Shown piece after piece: positions 13,537-24,050 of a stretch of DNA of 64,000 bases. The position numbers and the translations under genes were made by a program. Origin of the DNA: Schizochytrium sp. TIO01 (Eukaryota; Protista; Bigyra: Labyrinthulomycetes); the NCBI GenBank assembly GCA_004764695.1, contig SMSO01000037.1:534747-598746 (forward strand), read 5' to 3'. A model generated the notes under the pieces. It worked only from the letters and a program-made list of their open reading frames with translations. It had not been told where the DNA came from and ran no database searches. How positions within the stretch are numbered: position 1 is the first letter of the stretch; each line of letters begins with the position of its first letter.

Positions 13537-13732
13537 TGTAAAGGAATACTTTTACTTGCTTGAAACCTTAAACATTAGTAGATATGTCATAAACAATAGG
13601 TAGTTTAAAGTTCTTCTTCGATCATTTTAATCATCACCACAAGGATATTCGAGGGGCTTGGATTTCATAAGCCCGACAAATCGGCTAGCGACTGTCGAGA
13701 CTATCGTTGGTGTTATCGTTTACGAACGAGCA

Positions 13733-14526
13733 ATGCACGCCACGGAACTCGCAAGTTTGGTGCTCGTGGGTGCACTCTGGGGCTGCACCAACTCTTTTCT
13801 GAAGCAAGAGGAGGAGGATCATGTTGATATTCGGAATGAAGCACAACAGCAGAAACGAGGCGAACAGGGAGAGAAGGGTCTTCTAAGCCACCTCGTAAAA
13901 CTCCTATGCAATTGGAGGGTAAGTTGGGTTAATAAGTAAAGTGAATCGTGGTTTGGGATGAAGAAAAACTTACTCTTCAAGTGCGTTTGACTGATTCACA
14001 GTTTATTGTCCCATTTCTGCTCAACCAGAGCGGGTCTCTATTATACTACCTACTGTTGGGCTCCACACGTACGTTAGCCAATTAATGAATATCTAGGAAG
14101 AAGATCATCTCGTCGTAAAAACTAGAGCCCTGACCAAAACCGAAACTTCTCTTGCGGACATACCATACACAGAGCTTTCACTAGCTGTTCCAATTTGCAA
14201 TGCTACGACTTTTGTCTTCACTTTGTTAACTGCTCGTTTTGTCCGCGGAGAAGAGCAAACAGGAAACCCATGGTGTAAGTTGCAAGATTATCTAGCATTA
14301 CATCTCAAAACTAGCCAACTTATAGTAGTATTCGCTCATTCTGACATGTACTCTTCTTAATTTGCCCTTCTGTGCTTTACATTATCATTGGGCCGATGTA
14401 ATATCTCTCTCCACAGTGCTCGCATGTGGTGTCACGTGCATTGTCATTGGTGTTGGCCTCATGTCCCTTCCTGAGCAAGAGATTGTAGAAGCTATCTCAA
14501 AAAAATCGTCAGCCTTGTCCACGTAA
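13733..14526 (+). CDS. TMEM234: TMEM234 (EamA/DMT-like small membrane protein); join(13733..13918,14002..14068,14173..14274,14417..14526)
   Basis: Manual splicing at GT..AG sites with matching phases gives MHATELASLVLVGALWGCTNSFLK...NWR|FIVPFLLNQSGSLLYYLLLGST|QLSLAVPICNATTFVFTLLT...W|LLACGVTCIVIGVGLM...*. WGxTNxF, PFLLNQxGS and LSLAVPICN are TMEM234 signatures. Confidence 0.9.
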
Positions 14527-17500
14527 GATCTTTAGTCTATTTAGGAAAAATCCAACAGAACCTGCCAAAGCCAGAACCCATCACGACAGTGTCAATTGAT
14601 TTTCTATACTCTATTAAGCTGAAAATTGACAAACACGGCTCCTGCTAGGCCTGCTATCGCGAAGTTTTTATGTTACACATAGACTTGTCCAAGGCGATTT
14701 CTTATTGAGAGCAATATGTGTATTCTAGAGGCGCCGATCTTACTTTTGAAGTAAAGAATTAGGCCCGGTTGCCAGATATAAAATTTCGTAATATATTTCA
14801 TGATTATCCTTATTCAAAAGTTCACCTTCTCACCTCAAGATGTCTCAAAGGAATAAAAGTCTAGAGAAAGTCTCTCTTCTCTAAATAAATAATGAATGAA
14901 CCTATTTTTCCTTTTCAATTCTTACGTGCAGAAGTGCAATTTGGAAACTTAGGATTGCATGATATCAGGTATGACCAGGACATTGTGCAAATGGGGATCA
15001 TTGCACACCCCAGGTGCTGCTCATTAAGCTGTCAATATTTAGCTTCTAAATCTGAATAATAATTTTAAGGATTTCGAGCGGCCCTTTCTTATCCAGCCTC
15101 GCCTCTTCCACACCACCACTACCTAGGCACTGGCATAACACCGACTAACAGTTATTGTGACAGGTATTAAAAGGAGCAACGGAACGGCCCAAAATAACAC
15201 GTCGTGGTGTCAAGCCCGACAATTCTTCGTATGGGCTAGTTTGTTTCTCAAACAGGGCAAATCCCAATCCAACGTTTAAACTAGATAGAACTAAAACACA
15301 GAAGATGTTCACACTCCTCTTATCTAAAAAGAGAGCATCACATATACTCATAGGCTGTGTTATTTAGCATTGGAAAAGGATCAATTGACAGCGGGCCCAA
15401 CAGCGCAACTTTGGTTTTGTTTTGTCTGGAGTCTGTTTCTGTTTGTAGAGGAAAGGATTGATCCTCAAACTTGGATCTAGTGCTACTAAGCTTCCATAGT
15501 AGTACATTGATGTAGCATAGTAGTTCTTTTTGCGTCAATTTCTCAGCTCGCAAAAATGAGCTCAAGAACGACACGACGTGCAGAATACCTTGGTAATCGA
15601 ATTAGCCAATCCTGCTCGTGCGTCCACTTCCCTATCGCAGTGGATCAGAAGAAATTGTAAAGTGCTAGTTAACATATTTTATTTTTGATGTCAACGCATA
15701 AATCGAATTACCAGTTCAAGCTAGCTGGCTGGAGTTAGTCGGTATGAGGGCGCCCGTTTGCGTCGCGGGGATTGGACGAGCCCAATATCTTTGGGATTTG
15801 CGAAATTCATCCACTCAGTATCATTTCCATGTTTGGTTTTGTTCTTGGTTTTGGTTTTATTTTTTTTTATCATGATGATGATCTCCCTGAAAAAAACAAA
15901 AAACCCAATGCAGTGGTCAAGGAAAAGTATACAGACCACTTCGTAGGTAGGTACTAACGCTTCCTCCATACAACTACCCAAATGTTGAATCCTGCGCTCC
16001 CGATTCGTAGCTAAAGAAGCGGCAGAGTACGCACATGCCGCTACAGTATTCGTTCTAACAAACGCTTCTCCGTTGTTTAGTTAAATAAATAAACCTTCAA
16101 TCATGCATGATGATCATGCTCGAATCTGTTCCTTTTCCTTTCACTCCCATTAAAGGTGAGGGAGGAAGGATTTGGGGACTTTAGAAGTACAAGCTTGAAG
16201 CAAGCTCCCTAGTACGGCTCCGCAGCTTCCGCAGACAATTTACTCTCGGTGCCAGCTGTTGCCTCTCTCCCACGTCTTCCTGGCACCACACTGCGCTGCA
16301 TCCTAGTCGATGAACTCCTCCTGTTTGTCAGCAGGTAATCTACCTCGAAGAAGAAGAAGTCTGCTCCCTTCTGCAGCTTTCTCCAAGACTGCCCCAAAGC
16401 TCCAATCGCCCAAAATCATGTCCATGAGCCTCAGCCCCTTCGAGCACAGCACCAGCTGTCGGCCTGGCCAACCCGAGACACCGCCACGCTATGGTCATCC
16501 TGCGATATCTCCATCCAGACTTTGAACCAATCCTCAACTTCAGGCCATGATTCTGTGCAACATACCTACCTACTATCAGATAACACGAGATGTGTGCACG
16601 CCCATATTAACTTCTCAGGGACGGGGGGCGAGAGTCCCATGCTTGAATTATCGGTGCTTGCGCTCTCGGAAGAGGCGGGCTCGGCTGGAGCCCGCAGAGC
16701 GGCGACGACGGAGGCAGTGCTGCGGGCCGGCCATGATTCATCCATCCATTCGTTCAGTAAGCAAGCAAGCAAGCAAGCAAGCACGTCAGGCTGGAAGAGC
16801 GTGGGCGGGGCGCCGGCCGAGGTTGGAGAAAGGCTAAGAGCGAGCTGGCAGGCTGCGGTCCTTCGTTTTTGGTTTGTTTGGTGTTCTTTTGTGGAAAAGT
16901 TCAAATATTAGAATTAAAAAAAAAAATGTTTTCAAAAACAAAATAATAGCAAATGAAAAGGGTTAACAATAACATGAAAGTAGTTGCTTGAAAGGGCGGG
17001 AGTTTGAACGCTGCTGGTGGGCGACGACGGGGCGAAAGTCATCTTGGTTTGAATCTACTGTATTGGTTTACTATGGTGCTAAACCTGCAGTCGTAGTCAA
17101 ACCCCGGCATGCGTCTGTTCTTTACCCGTTGGAACCCAGCCAGTACTAGTCAGCTAGCTCCAAGTAGGGCTGGAGTTCTATCTTTTCCACGGCTACTGCT
17201 GCGTAGGTAGCTGCTAGCGGAATAGTGCGGAATTTGAAACTCGCCCATTCCATTCCGCAAATTCGAATTCGCCGCCTCGTCACTCCGCCTCCGTGCGCCG
17301 GACTGGACAAGGCGGGCGGGAAGCCTGAGACGTTGCGAGCCTCTGGCGGAGCTCTGGCTGCCACGAGACTGCAACGCAGGTGTGCGTGGCCCAAGCCGCA
17401 GCCGGGGGGGCTCAAACTAGCTCCCGTTTTCGAAAAAGTTCTAAAACTGGAGCAGAACCTTTGATTAAAAATTGAGAATTCTAAAGTGAACGTAGGTACG

Positions 17501-19617
17501 AACAAAACTAACACGTCGTGGTGCAGCCCTTCTTGAGGAATATCGACTAGCCTAGCCACGTTCTCATTGATCTTGGGTGCTTCAAGTTCTAGGCAGGGTT
17601 CGGTTCTCCAGGGATGATTTCTTTCTTTCAGGAGGGGGCGAAACGACACGAGAAGAAACTGAAAAACTGGAACAAGCTGAGGGAATGTTTCGCCCATCCA
17701 AGGCGGCAGGGCGAGGAGGCGGAGCTGTGCGAAGTGAGCAGGTTTACTCTCTGAAGGTGGAGAACATGAGCGACATCCTCGACAATAGCTGCGGTTTCAC
17801 CTCGATGTTGATTTTATTCAGGTGGAAATCGTCGTTCCTCAATTTTTCTTATTCTTTCGTACTTTTCTTCTTCTTTTTTTTTTTGTACATTAAAAGCCCT
17901 CACTATCTTCCTTTTTGCGCAGTTTGCCTGCCACTGAGCGTGGCACTGAGCGTACACCCAGTCACCACTTTGTGCAATCTTGTGTAATCTCAGAAATCCT
18001 ACCAACACAACTATCATGCGTTCTTGATTGGATGGCATCCGCCAGTTCTCCAAGTTTGTTCCACCAACATTGTCATACCTACAGGTATTCTACCTTTTTT
18101 TCGTTCTCTTTCGAAAAGAACAGCGTATATATAGCAGTACTGTAATTATCACTAGTAGTACCCTTTTTAGAACCAAGGTGGTACTAGGTAGAGTATCAAA
18201 TCGGCCTAATTCTAAAGAAGCCTGAAGGACTCTTAGACAAGTTGTTCCAAAATCGTCAACTGTTCTTTCGCAGAGACCCTTTTTAATTTATTATTCATAT
18301 CAACAACCAATTCCCGATCTCGAGCACCGCCGATCCTTACCACGCTCAGACCGGCACGGGTTTAGCGAGCTCGGTTGTCAACGGGGGTTAGGCAAAGGAG
18401 GTTAAGGCCTGCCCTGTACTCAGCAAGCTGTAGACCTCTGCGGACGGCCGTAGCTCGAGACGTGGTCCGCCTAGCAGACAGGAAGGAGCCAGAAATCGCA
18501 GAGGCAGCGATCATTCCCTAACTTATTTGCTTATTGCTCACTTAGAAGGAGCGGCAGCAATACTGGGAACGAAGCCACAAAGTCAAGCTTTTGAGACAGT
18601 GTGGCTCGTAAGGAACCATACCCTGACTTGCATCATATATCTGTCCATCCGTTCGTTCATCTGGAGTTGGTCTAGATCAAGTTCTCTGCAACATTCATTT
18701 ATCCAAAGCAGAATTATTAGCGGCACCGGTAATCACTAAGGACGCCTGTAGGACTTGCATTGGTGTTCTGTTCTTATTTATCAAACAGAACTACTCACAG
18801 AAAAGCAGGGCTGCGCCATTGACGGCACTGAGTGGGACGATCGAAGGCGGGTCTTTCAGATTTCTTGATTTCTTGAAGAGCAGCATTTGTCAAGCTCATA
18901 CGCTCTCTTTCCCTGCAGCTGGCCCGCCAATCATTTGATTTGCAGGCCGACCAGTTGCTGGAGTGATTGTTAATTGCGCATTTGGGCCATTTGTAGGAGA
19001 AAGAAAGAAAGATCTGTATAAAGTGCGAACAAAAGAAAAAAAGAAAAGAACAGCCTTAAGAAGAAGAAGAAGAACAGCAACAAAAACAGCAATAAGCATC
19101 AAACACCTTCGCTAGTTCTTCTTCTCGTCCTCCTTCCTCTGCTGTTCATCTCCCTCCACGAGAAGGTGATAGGTAGGTAGGTAGGTAGGTAGGTAGGCGG
19201 CTATTCAGGTATCTAGGTATCTATCTGTCTCGCTATATTTTTCTTCAAGTCTTTCAATCATCGCCTGTCTTTCATTCCGCTACACTCGCTTAGTGCCCAC
19301 TATCATTAACACTAATACCGCCTCACGCATATTAGCCTACATACGGATGTATATTGGCCTACCTTTCTGCCTATCTACGTATCTATCTGTTTATCAATCG
19401 CACCAATATTACTGTTGTGTTCCTACACTTTCTTAACAGAATATCACAGTGCTGTTGAGGAGTTGAGGGCCCCATTACGGAAACCTAGTTGCGAGGCGCA
19501 CCGCGAGCTGGAGCAGTGGTGACTGCGCAGTGAACGCGGAAAGCGCAGCATCAAAGCCTAGGGTCTTTGGGAGAGGTTGTCAGACCTAAGGAAGAGATTT
19601 TGGTTTTGACCAGCAAG

Positions 19618-22600
19618 ATGCTAGTGGTGAACGAAAGAAGCTCGGCGGAGGATGTTGCAGATTGGCTGCAAGAACTCGGGTTTGACGCAGTTCAACAGGA
19701 TAGGGCTCGACAACGACGAATTGATGGCGCGAGATTGATGCAACTAGATGAGACCTCGCTGCGGTCAGAGCTTGCTATTAAAGATCGAAAAATACTTGCA
19801 GCAGTGATGGACGAAATTGACAGAGCTGTGCAAACACAGGCAACGGCCAATACAGCAGCGGCGAGCTCAAGGCGAACGGGAAACCCCCTTCGATTGTCGG
19901 GTGGTCGTATCCAGAGGCCGCACTCCTCAAGCGAGCTCAGCGACATGGCACATCAGCAGCACCAGCAGCAAGCACAGGCTTACGCGTCGTCGTCTAATAA
20001 GCACTCAACACAAGGAGCTCATAACGGAAGTGCAGTACCACAACAAGAATGGGCCTCCCGACCCACCAGCAGCGCGAGCCGGTTCCGCCGAACTCGATCT
20101 TCGCACGGCACCCCAGAAATCCAAAATGGAAGCCAATTTCGTAACTCGCAAAATGAGACTCGTGCTCCGCCGCCGCTCCAGCCTCAACGAATTGAGGAAC
20201 ACCCGGACGACTCCGTTGAATACCCAGCCCGCAATTCGCTTTACCGCCGCATGTCGTGTAGCGACCTTCCTTTTCACGAAACAAATTCGTCCAATAACAT
20301 TTCGGTGGCAGAAGAAGACGGTGAGGTTGATGCATTGCTTCCGCAGTTTATGCCACATCATCCGCAGGTACTTCGTAGCACAAGTCCTGATGTCGCAACT
20401 TCTGAGCATTACCAGCACCACAAGTCAAGCAACAACTACCAGCAGTACTATCAATATCAGAATCAAACCCACAACCAGAACCAACATGATGTGAATTCGT
20501 CCTCATCAAAGAGCTCAAAGCATCACTCTTTAAAACGCGCAAACAGCACAGGCAATGAGAATGAAAATTACAGTAACCGCTCTCGTCATGAGCGGCTAAC
20601 GAGGTCAGATTCTATGCAAAACCAACCGACACAGCAGCAGCAGCAGCAGCAGCAACAACAACAACAACGAAGCAACAACCCACTCAACTCCAGTACATCA
20701 TCTTTTGGAGCAGGAAGTGCAACACCATTGATTCGAGCAAGTTCTTTTTGCTCCCAAACTAGCTCTGTTGCTTCTTCATCTTGTCTCGCAAACTCATTCT
20801 CTTTCAAACGTCTAAATCGTCTCTTTAGCACAGCACAACTCAGGCTAGACCAGTTCGGTGTTTCCTCGGTATGCAACTGGCAACTTGATCGATTTTTATC
20901 AGCTGTGTTGGACGCTATCCCAGAAATTCGAGAGAAACCAACTCTTTATGAAGATTGCCAAGTTATGATGGAAACATGTGCCTTGAAACTGTCAGATGAG
21001 GGCTACGTCGTAGTGGAGAATCTTCTCTCAGATATGTACCTTCCCGACTTTCGTGATGATCTGCGAAGCTGTGGTCTTCTCAAAAAGCGTTTGTTTAATG
21101 AAGTCACAGGAATTTTGGAGGAGCTGCAGACCTTTATGAGCGTTCACTCACCAGTCACTAGCGCATCGTGCTCAACCTTTCCTTCTGGCCTTACTTCAGT
21201 AGGTACTACTAGTGCCAGCTCATTTGATACTTCTGATCATGCCTTTACTATGCACCCTCCTTCCGACTCAACGCAACGTGGAACAACAAGTCCAAATGCG
21301 CTATCTCGTCAGTTGCGTCGACGAAGTACCAGCACGGGTACTGCAGACAGTGTGGGCAGTTTTGAGAACTCCAATGTGTTAGTAATGTCCCCACCACAAC
21401 AGCAGCAGTATCCATACTACTCTTCGTCTTCTTCTCAGCATCAGCTTGCAACGCCACAGCCTAGTGCTGCAACTGCGACCCGTCGCAACAGCTCCTCGCG
21501 TCGTAAGTATTCCCCAACGAGTAACAGTGCAGATACCTTGTCTGAATCTGAGGAGTTCGTTGATGGCACTCCTCGAAGCGAGCAATCTACAATGTCTGCG
21601 CCGGTAGATCCTCGAAACTCGACTCCAGTGCAACTATCCAAGTATGGTTCTGAGGGAGGTTCTCGCGCTGCGTCTCACTGGCAACAGCAGCTGAAGATGT
21701 CTGGCGAGCCGTCATATTGTGATACCCCCCCGAACCGTCGCATGTCTCGCCACCCCAAGACTGACCAACCCCGCATGGCCCAACGCCCTCACCAACACCA
21801 TAATACCCCAAAGGCCAACAAAGTTGCTGCGAAGTCCAAAAGAGATGACATTAAGCGTGTTCGCAAGGCCCAGTTGCACGGCACGGATGAAAACGCTGGA
21901 AACAACGGCAACTCAGGCTTCGATATTGCCGGTCGTCTTGGCACAACTCGCTCTGCCAACCGCCGTAGCGACTTTCCCATGCATGCTCGGGATTCTCCGT
22001 ATGATGCGTATCATCAACAGCTGGCCATGTCATCCTCTTCATCAAGTATTGTACCCGGTCAATCCTCTTCTCGAAAACAATCATCTTCTTCAACAGTTAA
22101 CTCGTCAGCACGTGTGCGTTCTTCGGGAAACCAGGGTTTTAATCCAACTCACCGCCTCATTCGAGGGGATGATGAGTATGAAGAGAAGAATACTGCCGCT
22201 TCCAGTGGTGCTAACCATCAACCAACTCAGCAGCAACCCCCAAACGCCGCAGCGGGTGCTAGCAAACTTCTCAAGTACAAACAGACAAACCTCAAAATTG
22301 CTGTGAAACCAGAAAGTAAGCCTCAACCTTTGGCCCTGTCTTCCATAGCTACCAGCAGTAGCCAAAGCTCTGCTAATGGAGTAGCCTCACTATCAATCAA
22401 ATCTGCTTCTACGTGTAGCAGTAGTCGGAGCCGACGTGATAGTCTTAACAGTCGCATGCGTGGTTTAGGTCAGCTCAATATTGAGATTGATGACGACTTC
22501 ATGAACAAGTCCTATGCTTATCATAACGGTGCCTTACATTTGCAAAACATCATCGTCTACCCCAGTGGCCTTGCAAACCCTGCGAGCCGACTTCGTGCTT

Positions 22601-23775
22601 CACATCTTCGGGGCAGCCGCTCTTCAAAAATGGAAGAAGGCTTGCGTCAAATTGGCAAGCTTGGGGGCGGTGCAGGCGGTACTGTGGTGAAGTCTATTCA
22701 TGTGCCTTCTTTGCAAATCGTAGCACTCAAGCAGGTCGTCGTTAACGATAAGCATCAACGCAAGCAAATGAGCCGAGAGCTTGAGACCTTTGTTCTTGGA
22801 TTGGATTCACCTAACGTTGTGCGATTTTTTGACTCCTTCGTGAACTCCAACGTTGGAACTTGCTCACTGGTATTTGAGTACATGGCTGGCGGAACACTAC
22901 AGGACATTGTGGACAAGGGCGTGCCTCTCTCTAGTGAGACCCTTGGGCATGTCGCACTGCACTGTCTGTCAGGTCTCGAGTACCTGCACAAACTGAACCT
23001 ACTTCACCGTGACATTAAACCATCCAACTTGCTTATTTCTGCCTCCGGAGTAGTTAAGCTCGCAGACTTTGGCATTGCTCGTGACCTTAAGGATGAGCAA
23101 GCTGAGTGCGCCACCTACCTTGGCACAACTATGTACATGTCTCCTGAGCGCATTCAGGGTGACAAGTACTCATTCAAGGCTGATGTTTGGTCTCTGGGAC
23201 TCTCGCTGTACACAGCAGCTCTCGGAAAGTTTCCTTTCAAGATTGGCTCTGGGTATTGGGGCCTTTCCGAAGCAATCCGCGAGAACCCGTTTCCATCCTT
23301 CCCTGAAGGATTTGCGCCCGAGTTGGGTGAGGTTATCCTTCAATGCCTTCAGCGCGATGTGGAATCGCGCGCCGATACGAAATCTGCCCTTGCGATGCCC
23401 TACATTCAGCAGATTCGACCACTAGTATTCTCTGAAGATGGTATTGTACATGGTGCTCCAGGCCTTGCTAGGAAGCCCATACAACAGTACACCTCCATTG
23501 AAGAGCTCTCTGAATATTGCCCTCGTGGGGCACGGGAGCTTACAACCTGCATTGAAGCTGTCACTTCGTACTATAGGGATCTCTACAACCAGACATCCTC
23601 TGACAGCATCGATGAACCTTTTACTGTCAAACTCGACGTTGCTCAGCTTCGTGCTTTGGCTGACCAATTGCAGGTCTCAGAGGCTCTTGTAATTACGGAA
23701 ATGGACAAGGCCTTATTCTGCCTTAGTCACGAGTTGTGCGCAACGCCCACCGAAGACTGCAACTCCCCTAGATGA
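19618..23775 (+). CDS. SAM-domain-containing MAP kinase kinase (STE7/MAP2K family) with long disordered linkers
   Basis: First ATG at 19618. N-terminal SAM (SAEDVADWLQELGF...IDGARLMQLDETSLRSELAI). C-terminal kinase with GGGAGGTV, VALK, FEYMAGGTL, HRDIKPSNLL, DFG, YLGTTMYMSPERIQGDKYSFKADVWSLG, which is typical of MAP2K. Confidence 0.9.
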   Translation: MLVVNERSSAEDVADWLQELGFDAVQQDRARQRRIDGARLMQLDETSLRSELAIKDRKILAAVMDEIDRAVQTQATANTAAASSRRTGNPLRLSGGRIQRPHSSSELSDMAHQQHQQQAQAYASSSNKHSTQGAHNGSAVPQQEWASRPTSSASRFRRTRSSHGTPEIQNGSQFRNSQNETRAPPPLQPQRIEEHPDDSVEYPARNSLYRRMSCSDLPFHETNSSNNISVAEEDGEVDALLPQFMPHHPQVLRSTSPDVATSEHYQHHKSSNNYQQYYQYQNQTHNQNQHDVNSSSSKSSKHHSLKRANSTGNENENYSNRSRHERLTRSDSMQNQPTQQQQQQQQQQQQRSNNPLNSSTSSFGAGSATPLIRASSFCSQTSSVASSSCLANSFSFKRLNRLFSTAQLRLDQFGVSSVCNWQLDRFLSAVLDAIPEIREKPTLYEDCQVMMETCALKLSDEGYVVVENLLSDMYLPDFRDDLRSCGLLKKRLFNEVTGILEELQTFMSVHSPVTSASCSTFPSGLTSVGTTSASSFDTSDHAFTMHPPSDSTQRGTTSPNALSRQLRRRSTSTGTADSVGSFENSNVLVMSPPQQQQYPYYSSSSSQHQLATPQPSAATATRRNSSSRRKYSPTSNSADTLSESEEFVDGTPRSEQSTMSAPVDPRNSTPVQLSKYGSEGGSRAASHWQQQLKMSGEPSYCDTPPNRRMSRHPKTDQPRMAQRPHQHHNTPKANKVAAKSKRDDIKRVRKAQLHGTDENAGNNGNSGFDIAGRLGTTRSANRRSDFPMHARDSPYDAYHQQLAMSSSSSSIVPGQSSSRKQSSSSTVNSSARVRSSGNQGFNPTHRLIRGDDEYEEKNTAASSGANHQPTQQQPPNAAAGASKLLKYKQTNLKIAVKPESKPQPLALSSIATSSSQSSANGVASLSIKSASTCSSSRSRRDSLNSRMRGLGQLNIEIDDDFMNKSYAYHNGALHLQNIIVYPSGLANPASRLRASHLRGSRSSKMEEGLRQIGKLGGGAGGTVVKSIHVPSLQIVALKQVVVNDKHQRKQMSRELETFVLGLDSPNVVRFFDSFVNSNVGTCSLVFEYMAGGTLQDIVDKGVPLSSETLGHVALHCLSGLEYLHKLNLLHRDIKPSNLLISASGVVKLADFGIARDLKDEQAECATYLGTTMYMSPERIQGDKYSFKADVWSLGLSLYTAALGKFPFKIGSGYWGLSEAIRENPFPSFPEGFAPELGEVILQCLQRDVESRADTKSALAMPYIQQIRPLVFSEDGIVHGAPGLARKPIQQYTSIEELSEYCPRGARELTTCIEAVTSYYRDLYNQTSSDSIDEPFTVKLDVAQLRALADQLQVSEALVITEMDKALFCLSHELCATPTEDCNSPR
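20633..20667 (+). repeat. CAG/CAA poly-Gln tract inside the MAP2K
   Basis: About 12 consecutive Gln codons. Confidence 0.9.
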
Positions 23776-24050
23776 ATCTATAAATTACCGTTCTTTTTAT
23801 CTCCTTTTAACTTACGAACAACTATTGCCTTGAGATCTTCCATTTTCCATAACTCATCGCTTTGACCTTTCCCAGATCCCTGTTTTCCTACCTCCATACC
23901 TCCTGTCTCAACACGGCTAGTTTTACACAAGCAGACTTTCCAAAGTTTTCTATTCTCCCATCGTAACTTGAGCAACTCTTTTTCATGTAATATGGGTTGT
24001 TCAATCACCTTTCTTAGCCATTTGCTTAGCATGACTAAAGTAAACAAGCA

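Noticed and set aside
16209-17987. GC-rich ORFs on both strands
   Set aside because: Short, mutually overlapping and motif-free; better explained as promoter or 5' UTR sequence upstream of the MAP2K.
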